Assembly: GCA_039621445.1 (NCBI GenBank)
Contig: CP154954.1
Location: 26,176,954 to 26,240,953 of the forward strand
Source: Euglena gracilis
Lineage: Eukaryota
Direction of reading: 5' to 3'
Length of the DNA: 64,000 nt
Each line of letters begins with the position of its first letter. Position 1 is the first letter of the stretch. The translations under genes and the position numbers were made by a program. Shown here piece after piece: positions 1-12,400 of this stretch. Below the pieces are notes generated by a model, which was not told the DNA's origin, did not search any database, and saw only the letters and a list, made by a program, of their open reading frames with translations.

Positions 1-1312
1 CTGGGCCATGAGACCCCCCCCCCCCAGGCGATGGCCCCAGTGTCCCCACCCACCACAGCACCCGCTCAAAGAAAATTCCTTTGGCCCCAAGGTGCCAAAG
101 GAAAATTTTGGCCTAAAGCTTGGAAATACGGGAAGGCCTGGTGGGGGGGGGTCGGACCCCCACCCACCGCCCATGGGGTTGCGGGGATTCCCATACAGCC
201 CTGGGGGGCGATGGGACTGCAGTGGGAATGCGGCTGGTGTGGGTCCCCGTCCCCTGTGGGATACCAGCCAGTCACGCATAAAGCCGGTCATCACATGAAG
301 CCGGTCATCACCCCGCCCCGTTTGGGGTCAGCCCAATCTGAAGTCCCCATTTCTCCTAGCGCCTTTGGCGCCGGGCAAAAGAAAGCGCAACCACACATGT
401 TTTCAGCTGTGCCGGGGGTCGACCCCCGACCCCCCCCCCCCGGCCTCCCAGGTGGGGGGTCGACCCCCCCACCAGGACTTCTCGTACAGCCCTGATCTGA
501 TACAGCTGATCGCCCCCGACGTTTGCCGGGTCTTTGAAAAAGCCGCCCGGGGTCAGCGATGGGGGTGTGCCGCCACCCCCACCTGTCCGGAAGCCGACCT
601 GCGTCCCCATGTACGGCCGGGGGGCCCAGGTTGTCGGGATGGCCTGGTGCGGTGCCGTTGCCGAACCTCCTCGCCCGTGGACACGCAACACCGACGGCAG
701 GAATGCAGCAATATGTAACAGTGAGCGGTCCACCCTGCTATTGGGTATCATGGTGCAGACCCGCCCTTGGTATGGTGCAGTTCTCGCTCTTGGCCTGAGT
801 CCAACTGGAAATGTCAGCAAAGTGCTGCAAATTTTTATGAATTTGCAAATTTTGTAAATTCAGTTACATGGCTGAAAATGCTGGAGAAATGGGGTTTAGG
901 TTTTTCTGAAGAGAGGAAATTCCTGGCCATGAAACCCCAAAATTTGTAAGCAAAGGTGAGAATGATGAAATGGAGATTTTTTTGATCAGTGGAGATCGCC
1001 GCAACCCGGGGATACCTTTTGTTGTGAACTATGGTTTCATTGCACCTGAAGCTACCGTGATGAGCAAACGTAATTTGAAATCACGAATATTGGGAATTTC
1101 CTCACAGTGTTGCTCTTGACCAGCCATTGCTGTCCACGAGTCTGTTGATTGGAACGGTTGGTTGCTGCCTCTGTCAAACATATTATGCATCAGAAGGGTC
1201 CAGTTCTTCCCCGGCACTGAGCAATGCACTTGGTTGTGACACCTCCCGCCAAACCCCTGGGTCAGGACATCAGGGGGGTGGGGAGACCCCCAACTCCTTT
1301 GTGTCACAGCCT

Positions 1313-1425
1313 GTTCTTCTTCCTCCTCTCCTTCTTCTTCTCCTCCTCCTCCTCCTCCTCCTCCTCCTCCTCCTCCGCCTCCGCCTCCGCCTCCTCCTCC
1401 TCCTCCTCCTTCTTCTTCTTCTTTT
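1313..1425 (+). repeat. (TCC)n/(TTC)n microsatellite
   Basis: Read directly. Confidence 0.95.
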
Positions 1426-2506
1426 TTTCCCTCGGAAGAGCTGTCACCCAATCTGGCCCCTGCAGTGTACTGTAAGAATTGGGTTACAACCTCGAGGGGT
1501 GTATTCCTTTCTTGTATAATTGTATATTTGTATCTCTCACCCGTTTGCACTCTCCAGCTGCAGATGAAAATCTGTAAATTGGTCCATGCCGATCAACCCA
1601 GGGTTTCTGATCAGGATACGAGGACAACACAGCCCATGGAAGTTTTCAGTGTTTCCACTGGCTGGATGAACATTCTGTATATAACACCAGATCTAAAACA
1701 ATGCCAGAAATTTTGTGTACAAAGTGCTCAAACCTGGAGTGGTTTCTTTTGTTGTGCATGTTGGTGTAGGAGCAATGGTGAAAATGAAGGCTGGTGGACT
1801 GGGTTTTTTGGTGGACACACTTGGTGAGTCATAAAAAAAATGTTATAATACGCCTGGCCAACTACTTGACCCGTTATAATCAAATGGATTTCAAAGAAAA
1901 AAAAAGCTTCAGTCTATCTGGACATCAGATTTTACCAGAATACAGAAATATTTTCCAGAAGAACCAAAATAATTCCCTTTCATTCTGGGAAAACTCCAAT
2001 TTTTTTTTGGTTAAGTGGAGTCTCACAACGGCCTGCTGTGAGTGGTGATTGCCATATCGTTTTTAGAACGTGTTGAAGTGTTTTGTTAGCGTGGCTGTTA
2101 AGCAGTTTCAAAAAGATAAGGAGTATTTTAAATGATGAAGGACCTCTCGATAAACTTGCCCCTGAGCGAGGCACGCATTTTTCTGGCTCAAAATGCATGG
2201 GGGGTGGGTGGGTGCCGAAATCCCCCAGTGTTGTATAAGTCCGGGGGTTGCACACAAACAAACAATAGGAAAGGACAAAAATGGGAAAAAAACGGAAGGC
2301 ATTCGGGGTTTATTCTTTGCCCGGTGCAATTTACAGTTGCAATTACAGTTAGAATTTGCGGTTACATTTAAGAGCATTCTTGGTGGGCCAGGGTGGAACA
2401 GCATTTTAGAATTCATGAGGTTTTCACAAAACAATAATAATGCTGCCCGAAATCTCGCTGGAAATGGATGAAAGCATTTTTTTTGTTGTTGAGCCATTCC
2501 GGGCAT

Positions 2507-3932
2507 ATACATACATACATACATACATACATACATACATACATACATACATACATACATACATACATACATACATACATACATACATACATACATACAT
2601 ACGTACGTACGTACGTACGTACGTACGTACGTACGTACGTACGTACGTACGTACGTACGTACGTACGTACGTACATACATACATACATACATACATACAT
2701 ACATACATACATACATACATACATACATACATACATACATACATACATACATACATACATACATACATACATACATACATACATACATACATACCTACAT
2801 ACATACATACATACATACATACATACATACATACATACATACATACATACATACATACATACATACATACATACATACATACACACACATACATACATAC
2901 ATACATACATACATACATACATACATACATACATACATACATACATACATACATACATACATACATACATACATACATACATACATACATACATACATAC
3001 ATACATACATACATACATACATACATACATACATACATACATACATACATACATACATACATACATACATACATACATACATACATACATACATACATAC
3101 ATACATACATACATACATACATACATACATACATACATACATACATACATACATACATACATACATACATACATACATACATANNTACATACATACATAC
3201 ATACATACATACATACATACATACATACATACATACATACATACATACATACATACATACATACATACATACATACATACATACATACATACATACATAC
3301 ATACATACATACATACATACATACATACATACATACCTACATACATACATACATACATACATACATACATACATACATACATACATACATACATACATAC
3401 ATACATACATACATACATACATACATACATACATACATACATACATACATACATACATACATACCATACATACATACATACATACATACATACATACATA
3501 CATACATACATACATACATACATACATACATACATACATACATACATACATACATACATACATACATACATACATACATACATACATACATACATACATA
3601 CATACACATACATACATACATACATACATACATACATACATACATACATACCTACATACATAAATACATACATACATACATACATACATACCTACATACA
3701 TACATACATACATAACATACATACATACATACATACATACATACATACATACATACATACATACATACATACATACATACATACATACATACATACATAC
3801 ATACATACATACATACATACATACATACATACATACATACATACATACACACATACACGCACGCACGCACGCGCGCGCGCACGCACGCACGCGCGCACGC
3901 ACGCACGCGCGCACGCACGCACGCACGCACGC

Positions 3933-4009
<77 letters not shown>

Positions 4010-4010
4010 C
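2507..4010 (+). repeat. Compound microsatellite (TACA)n/(TACG)n/(GCAC)n
   Basis: Read directly; NN at 3184-85, so true length is uncertain. Confidence 0.98.
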
Positions 4011-4444
4011 CAGGCATTTGCTTAAGGGATTGCAGTCCCCCCCCCCCCCCCGGGGGGGGCTGGACTGCAGCTAGTCCAAATTTGGCTAGTGGGATTTCTA
4101 GCAGACCCCCCCGGGGGGGGTCTGCTAGCAGGGCTAGCTAGTGGGAATTTTTTTTCCAATGACCGGCGCAAAGCACCGGAAAATTTTTTTCGGACCCCCA
4201 AAAATGGCCAAAAATGCCCATTTTTGGCCATTTTTGGGATTTTTTTGGAACAAAATCAGCCAAAAACCTATTAAAAACCTCATTTCCACCTCGGCGCGCA
4301 GCGCCGGAGGAAATTTTTTTTCCAGTCAGGGGGACCCCGGACCCCCCCCCCCCTCTGGGGGGTCTAGCTAGTCCACTTTTTCCAGTGTCTAGCCGATTTG
4401 CTAGCCAGTATCCCCCCCCCCCGGGGTCCTTAAGCAAATGCCTG
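4011..4444. mobile_element. hAT-type MITE in (GCAC)n microsatellite
   Basis: Perfect 17-bp TIR CAGGCATTTGCTTAAGG...CCTTAAGCAAATGCCTG; gcacgcac on both sides (TSD length not independently provable in a microsatellite); internal gctag motifs; degenerate relative near 19750-19995. Confidence 0.85.
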
Positions 4445-4498
4445 GCACGCACGCACACACGCACGCACGCACGCACGCACGCACGCATGCACGCATGC

Positions 4499-4531
<33 letters not shown>

Positions 4532-4554
4532 GGCAGGCAGGCAGGCAGGCAGGC

Positions 4555-4623
<69 letters not shown>

Positions 4624-4690
4624 TATATACAAATATAAATATATATATAATATGTATATATATGTCTGTCTGTCTGTATGCATGTATATA
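4445..4690 (+). repeat. (GCAC)n/(CAGA)n/(CAGG)n/(TA)n microsatellite
   Basis: Read directly. Confidence 0.95.
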
Positions 4691-6244
4691 CCGTCCACTT
4701 TTATTTCCCCTTGCGACCCCTCCCCCCACCTGTGGTCCCACGCGACCTGGGTGGGGGGGGACCCCTGAAGTTTCCAAACGTCTGCTCTATTACTGCTTTA
4801 TTAAAAGCTGCTCTATTACCCAAATGTGTTCTCCTTTAGGGCCGTCTCAAAGGTCATCCTTTTCCATTCCAGGAGGTATCAGCATGAGACTCAAACAACT
4901 GCTGCTCCGATCCGCTGTTTCGACTTGCCTCTGCATCTTTCACCGCACATGTTTGTTGCTCTGGATTCACAACTCCTCTTCGAATGTGTCTTCTGTGGGC
5001 CTTCCAAAAACACTGCATAACAAGAAAATTTTTTTTGTTGGATTCCCAACAGATTATGCAACCTGGATGATTTGCAATTTTTTGCATAATCAAAATCTTG
5101 AAAATTTGCACACTTTTGGATATTTTTTTCTTAATGAAAATTTTGTGAAAGGCGCATATTTGCATTTTTTTGCATATTTTGCTTTTCTAATGTTGTCCAT
5201 TGTGTATTTACGCAAACAATTTGCTCCACTAGCAGACGACTGGAGGTTGCTTATTTTCTGTTTTTGGACCAATTTCACATAAGCAGTGGTTGCATGATGA
5301 AACACAAGTGGATGCAACTGGGTGAATCAACCATATCACTTCACAAGTTTGCATCACATTTTCTTTTAATGTTGCATTTTTGGAGCAATTGAAATTCTTC
5401 TAAGTCCTCTCCAGTGGAAAAGTGTACATCTCCGGAGAGCTCCTAAAGGAATTTATACACATACTGCATTTTTTTTGCATTTCTTTGTACTTTTTTGCAT
5501 TTTTTTTGCATTGCATATTTTGAGGAGCCTTGTTGCATATTCCCCCCATGTTCCCAAAGTGTTCCCAAAGAATGTGTGGGGGGTAGAAGGGGCACCTTGA
5601 ATTGTGACCTCACAGGCGATATCATTACCATTCAGCAGGTATTCAAAAGGAGTCCAGGGGGGGGGGGGTGCCGTTCGTCGTCCAGGTTTTTTTTCCAGCG
5701 AAGATTTGGCCCCAAAAACATTTTTACTAAGTCCTTTACTGCATGTTTTTTTGTGTCTTCCCCTCGACGATGGCGGATCTTCTGAATTCTTTCCCAAAAT
5801 TTTCAAGAAAGCGAACGCTTCTTCCGGCGCCAGGTGCCAGGATTCGGACTCATCCTGCTAATTTTTGCCAGTCGCAAGACGTAATTAAAGTGATTTTGTG
5901 CAAAAACAGCGAGGGTGAGAGGCAGCATGGATAGGATGAAGAAGGCATCCAACTGCTTTCCGAATTTTAACGCAACTGCTTGAGACACAACCATTGAAAC
6001 CAGAAGAGGCAGGAGTTCAGCAGAATGCCCCCCTATTTTAATATGCGGAGTGCGCACACGTTTTGCCCCGTTGCCTCCGGCCATGCACAAGCCCTTTTCA
6101 TGTGCCTTGGCCAGGTGAACAGCCAGCCGCGCCCCCGGCACTGCACACGCCCATTCATCCCACCACACCGCGCCGCCGCCACCTGTCCTTTCCGGTCTGT
6201 TGGTCCTGTCTGCCCTTTCCTCTCCCCCGGTCTGCCCTCCCCCC

Positions 6245-6454
6245 CAGGGCAGAATGGGAATCGGCCAAACAGCCAGGGTGGTGGGGGGGTCGACCCCCCC
6301 CCCCCACACTACCTCCTCCCCTATTTCCAGGAGCACCAATTGTCTACCCCAAAATTTTTGCCTGCTTCGGCGCCGGATGGAAATCTGTGAAAAAATGCTG
6401 TGGTGGATGGGGAGGGTCGTCCCCCCCCCCACCAGACCTTCCCGTTCTGCCCTG
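6245..6454. mobile_element. Short copy of the same MITE family, 52 nt upstream of the F-box ATG
   Basis: TIR CAGGGCAGAATGGGAA...TTCCCGTTCTGCCCTG; internal similarity to 14995-15645; poly-C flanks. Diverged relatives at ~8564-8797 and ends at 186-203 and 478-494. Confidence 0.8.
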
Positions 6455-6464
6455 CCCCCCCCCC

Positions 6465-6499
6465 CCCCACGGGCCCCGTCCCATTCCCCCGCCGTTCAG
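6465..6499 (+). promoter_or_regulatory. Candidate spliced-leader trans-splice acceptor upstream of the F-box/LRR ATG
   Basis: C-rich pyrimidine tract ending ttcAG (6498-6499), 7 nt before ATG 6507. Euglenozoa use SL trans-splicing; use of this site is inferred. Confidence 0.4.
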
Positions 6500-6506
6500 C
6501 CTCCCA

Positions 6507-6679
6507 ATGGCGGCCGCCCTGCCGGGGGACCTCTGGTGCCTGGTCAGCGACTTTGTGGGCCCCGGCCCCCTCGGGCAGGTGTGCCGCGCCGTGCGCAGCA
6601 GCGTGGGCCGGCGGCACGCGGCGTACCGGGTCACCCCGGCCACCGCGGCACTGCTGCCGGGGCTGCTGGCCCGGGCTGG
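6507..6679 (+). CDS. F-box/LRR gene exon 1 (F-box-like motif)
   Basis: ATG at 6507; [32 protein letters not shown]...; 3' boundary uncertain (6672-6681). Confidence 0.75.
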
Positions 6680-9431
6680 GGGTGGGAGAAGAGGGCCTTT
6701 TCTTTTGGGCGACCCGCAGCGGTCCGTCCCATCCCCGGGGGGGGGGGGGCTCAGGGGAGGCTCGGGGAACCCACCCTTGGGAGGTCATTTTGGCAGTTTT
6801 GCGCATGAGATAGACGAACCGTCCCCTGGGGACCATTCGGACCCCTCCCCCGGGTCACCAAACTCAGAAAAATCTCTGGCGGGGGGGGGTCGCCCATGAC
6901 CTGGTCCAGTCCACCGTCCACGTTGCCAGGGCCCATGGCCCGGCGTTGCCCTCTCCATCTTGGCAGTTGCTTACTAGCAGGCGAACGTTGGCCCCAAATG
7001 CAAGCGCCGCCTGGACCCCACCAAAGTGTCCAGCAGTCCCCTCGCGTCGGCGATTGAGGGGGACAAAACAATCAAGGCGAGGGCTTTGGCGACTGCCTGT
7101 GTATTCCTATGATCGAGGTTTTTTTTTCAATTGTTGTCTCACCTGCACGGTTCTTTTGCATAATTCTTAAACCGAGTCCCCAATTTCTGCCATCAAATGG
7201 AGAATTGCGCCACAAACCCAGCAAGCACTGTTCCACTTTGGCTGGGGTGTCCCCCCCTTGACACCCTTGACGGGGAGGTCGGACCCCCTGCCCTCACCCC
7301 GAGCCCTCCCGTCCCCTCGGGGCCCCGGCCCTCCTCCCAACCCTGGCGCTCCACTGCGCGCGCCTGAAGGACGACGGCGTGGCCGCCCTGGCCGCCCTGG
7401 CCTCCCTCGCCGGCTGCGAGGCCCTCCGCCTGTCCCTCGAGAACTGCTGCTGCACCGACGCCTTCGCGATGGCCCCCCTCCGCCCCATCGCCCAGCTGGC
7501 GCGCCTGACCCTCGCCGCCCCCCGCTCTCCGTGGGGTGGCGTGCTGCCGATTGGTTTCCTCGATTGATGTATGATTATTCACTCATATTATTCACTCATT
7601 TCATTCACTCATTTTCTTTGTTTTGTTGATCTGGTACAAGAAACCAGTGGCTGCCACCTCCCATTTGACTGGTTGGCTCTGGACCATTCTGCCAAAGCAG
7701 CTTCCCCCCCGTGTCCTCCCCCAGTTCCACCCTGATCAAGTCGGGCACTTACCACCCCCCAGCCACCAACTTTGGCTTGGAACCTTGACCCCGGGGCCGA
7801 ACAAGTGCAGCAAACCTACTCCACCCATCAAGGGCTGAATGAGTTTCCTGGAAAGGAAACCCTATGGCTGGCGGTTGGGCAGCCTGCCTTCCCACCCCCC
7901 ACCCCCCAGAACACATCCTTGCCCCCGTCCTCCAGGGAACACTGCCGCCCACACCTGTCTGCCACCCACCCGTAGGGAGCCAGCCACTAACCCCCCCCCC
8001 CCCCGTAATAGAAGCACGGGTGCACTTATAGCGGACCGCTGCCTTTGGCGGCGGGGGAAGCGCTTCTATTTGGACCCCACGTGCGCGATTTTTTTGATTT
8101 CCTTTAGATATCTCATCAAAAAATGGGGGTGCGCTTGTAGCGGACCGCCGCCTTTGGCGGCGGGGGGAGGGTGCGTTTTTATTTGGACCCTGCGTTTGTC
8201 ACGGCCCCTCGCTTCAATTAGGGGGTTTTACCCCATCCAGGGCCAGGGAGTGAAATGGGGGGGGGGTTGCGGGGGGTCTACCCCAGGGCGTGGGGCCGGT
8301 CGACACCCAGGACAGCTACATGGGGCGCCGCGGGGCGACCGCGCTGGCTGCGCTTGGCGCTGGCCCCGCCCTCTCCGGTCGGCCCCCGCGGTGCCCGAGG
8401 TCCGCCTTGCCCTGGGAGTGGAAGACCTTCCAGAAGGGCGGCGGCTGACATGCTACCTGTCTGCTTTGGGACACAAGAGCCACACCTCACACACCATGCT
8501 GTATGGCATTAACTTTTCCCTGTGACCGCCCCCCCCCCCCCCCCCCCCCAGCCCCCCGCCCCCCAGGGCTGAATGGGAATCCTGGATCCTGAATCCCAAT
8601 GGGTGGGAGGGGGTCCCCCCTTCCTTCCCCTTCAGGGCAGACAACCCCTCCCCCCCCACACCAAAATACCTGCGGTGCCGAATGAACTTTGTCTTGCAAA
8701 TTGGTTGGGGTGGTTGTAGTGCCAATTGGTTGGTGGGGGCTCCTCCACCTCCTTGGGGCAGACCCCCTCCCCCTTCCAGGCCTTCCTGTTTTCCCCGGAA
8801 AACGGACAAACTCAGGGCGTTTCATATCTTCAGGATGGGAAGTTTTCAGGCCTTCGTTTCTGGCCAACCTGTGAGTTGGCGTGGGTCGACCACCCCCTGG
8901 GGGTGCTCAAAAAGAAGCCCGGCGTCTCGTTCCTCCGCTGCCGCACCGCGCTGCCCCCCCCCCCCCCCCTGTCCCCCAGCCGTTTGATGGTGGTGGGTTT
9001 GCCCCCCCCCCCCACATCTCACATCTCGGGGGCCGGGGCCACCCTGCGCCTGTACCTGCGGGCAGGCCACCTGGGGCCGGAGGGCCTGCGGCTGGTGGCG
9101 GAGGGCTGGGGCCCGGCGCTGCAGGACCTGGAGCTGGACGTGGGCCAGGGCCGCTGCTGGCCCGGCGTTGGGGGCTGGAGCGCTGTTGGCTGGAAAGGTC
9201 CGAAATATAAACAACATACCATGCCCCCCCCCCCATATAAGACCCCCCCTCGGGAGCCAAAATTCTAGGGGGGGTCTTGTATGGGGGGGTCTTATATGGG
9301 GGGGTCGGTCCCGGCCAAAGGGCCGGCCTTCGGCCGGCCGGGGGGGGGGGGGTCTTATATGGGGGGGCATGGTATGTGTACACATGTGAATATGTATGCA
9401 TGTCTGTCTGTCTGTCTTTTTGTCTGTCTGT

Positions 9432-9484
<53 letters not shown>

Positions 9485-12400
9485 TGCCTGTCTGCCTGCC
9501 TGCCTGTCTATCTGTTTGTCTGTCTGTCTGTATCCATGGGTGGGTGGGTGGGTGGGTGTGGGTGGGTGGGTGGGTGGATGGATGGACGGGCGGACGCGCG
9601 GATCGACGGACAGATGGACAGACAGACAGACGGACGGATGGATGGACGGATGGGTGGACGGACGGATGGATGGATGGATGGATGGATGGATGGATGGATG
9701 GATGGATGGATGGATGGATGGATGGATGGATGGATAGACGGATGCGTGTGGATGTGGATGTGTACAAGTGGCATGCCAGGAGTTGCGGTACTGCAAACGG
9801 AGTCGTCCCCTCAAAGCTTCCAGACGAAGAGGGGGAGGGACTCAATGGGTCATTCATACATTTGTGTCCCCCGTCAAACAAAGCCCCTCCCCCCCCACAG
9901 CTCTGATTTCAACCCACTGGCCTTTTGCCGCCCTCCACTTTTTTTCTCTGTACCCCCCTGGCGGGTATTCAACTGACACGCCGCAGCGTTTGCGGCCTCC
10001 GCCGCGACCGATCCCCGCTGGGCGGGCCCCGCCACGGCGCGGCCCTGCCCCCCACGACAACCAGCTGGGCCCCGCCGGGCTGCTCGGCCTGGCCCCCCTG
10101 GCGCGCTGCCGGGGCCTGCGGGCCCTCTCGCTGAGCCTCGGCAGCAACCAGCTCACCAGCACCGCCCTGCCCGCCCTCGGCGCCCTGGAGTACCTCCCGG
10201 CCCTTGCCTCCCTGCGCCTGGACCTCGCGTCCAGGCAGGGGCCGGCTGGCCTGGCGGGTGGGACAGAACCAGGGTTTTTTTTTTAGTCTTGGACCCCCGG
10301 GGGGGGGGGGAGGGTGGGTGGGTCTGGGGGGGGCCCCCCAGGGGGGGGGATTTACTTTTCGGCACCAAAGGGGCTGAAATTTTTTTGAAAAGGTGCCATT
10401 TTTAGCATTTTTCGCGATTCTTTGGCCATTGGGGAAAAGTGAGTGGGTTCCCCTGGGACCCCCCATGGTGAGTGGGGGGGGGACCCCCGGCCTTACCTCC
10501 CCCCCCCCTTGCCCAACGACCACCCCCTGGTCAGTAAGAGATCTTTTTCCAGGTGACCCTTTTTTCCAGACATTCGCGTTCTTGACCGTGGTCTTGTCTA
10601 ACGACCAACCCGCGATGTTTGGCCAGAACAGCGACCACCCCCCGGTCAGTAGCGATATTTAGCGGTCGTTGGACGGAGGGGTGAGGTAAAAAAAAACCCA
10701 TGGACGGAACGTTGGGGGGAAGCCTGCCCCAGCCCAAAGAAGGCTGAAGGAGGGCGAGCATTGTTCGCGAGGCACGTCTGTTTCTCCCGGTGGGCAACCG
10801 TCACTGAGCCGCCCCGTGGGGGCAACGGCATCGGCGACGCCGCGTTGGCGCACGTGGTCCCCGCCCTGCCCGCCCTGCAGTCCCTCACCCTCGCGCAGTG
10901 CCGGGGTGGAACGGCGAGAGACTGGTTGGCCAAATAATGCGCCCCCCGTCCACCATCCCCAGTGAAAGAAGTCAGAAAAATGCACAAGGGCCCAAACCGG
11001 GTCCCCCCCCCTTCCGAGCACAAGTAAATAACACCGCTGGCCGGGCTATGCCGGGCTGGGCTGGGCTGGGCCACGCCGCCGGTCCGCCAACCGCCTCAAA
11101 CTTTTGCTGCAGCATGACACCATGACACACGTAAAGACCTCAGCACAAAACCTGGTCATTCCAAGGACCAAAAAGTCTACCTGAAAATGATACTAAACAC
11201 CACCAAAAAACGCGAAAAATCCCGAAAAAATCGCGAAAAAGCGTGAATGAGGGTTCGGGCTCCCCAAGCACGAACTACAGGTGAACCCAGGGCAGGGCAA
11301 CCAATGACGGCGTACAAGCCCTCGGTGAAGAAAAATGACTGCAGCCAAGCGATCTGGGTGGGGGGTCGACCCCTCCCCACCAGGCCTTCCTGTACAGGGT
11401 ACCCTTCCCATACACCTCTTTTTCCAGCAGCCAGCAGCTCCCCGCTGTCCGGACCTCCTCCTGGACCCTCTTCTGGACCCCCCAGGGGTCCAGCCAGTAC
11501 TTTTTTTGCAGTCAGCACCCCTTTCCAGCCGGCCTGTAGGCCCCTGGGGTTCTCAAAAAAATTTCTGATGGCAGCCTTATTCACTCAAAATTTCCAAGTT
11601 GTGAATCTTGACCTTGAACGGACAAACGGCCCAAACCCAAACTCGCGGACAAGTCTTCACTGCGTGTTCCAAATCCTCAACAAGCTGGGTTTGCCGCAAA
11701 CCTCCGCTTCCAAATGATGGATACTTTTGCGATAACGGGGAAAGTGATAGTTTATCAGAAATCTCAAGCACATTTTGGACAAGCTTTTTGTGGGACTGCA
11801 CCCGAAGCAATGTTGAGGTTGGCACAGTAACTTCGTGGGCAGAAAGGCCCGGTTTTATGAGTGAACCAACCCAAGCTCCTCTGGTGGAGTGCCCCCACAC
11901 CTGGGGGGGTACCCCTTGCTTGGCCAGAAATTGCTTTGTGATTGAAGCCACCATGTCTGCACTTATGGCTTTATATCTGGGTTTTAATGAAATTAGAAGG
12001 GGTTCCCAGGTATCACGAATAAACGTGTGGCAGCCACATGGGACATCATCAAAATGAAAAGGACTTATTTGCGGACACTGGGGAATGGAAACAACTCTCT
12101 CCCACTTGTGAAATTTTTGCCCTTTACACTTAATTTTGATGTAGGGTGCCCTTCCCAAAACACTTGTGGTGCGTTTGAATTGTGCCATGTCTGAGGATCT
12201 GTACAAACATAAGATCCGTGAACAGAAATGAGTTGTGTACGCAATGTACAAATATCAGTGGGCATAGGTGCTTTGCCAGCCCCAAGAGGTTTGGGAGGGG
12301 ATCCCAAAATGCCTCATACTTCTCTAACTTTTGGTTCCAAAGCTTCTTGAATGGGACAAGGTGTGGAATCGTAGCCCACCAAACCCGGGAATCAAACGCA

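Noticed and set aside
1029-1550. Poly-Gly/Glu/Leu/Ser ORFs
   Set aside because: Trinucleotide microsatellite with no coding context.
2108-4017. MYVC/YIHT repeat ORFs (also 56080-58196)
   Set aside because: Tetranucleotide microsatellite translations.
6060-6200. First exon of a divergent minus-strand gene
   Set aside because: GC-rich with ATGs, but no recognisable domain or stem-linked partner exon.
6890-7020. Extra exon within intron 1 of the LRR gene
   Set aside because: No LRR pattern or convincing stems; exons 1 and 2 join in frame without it.
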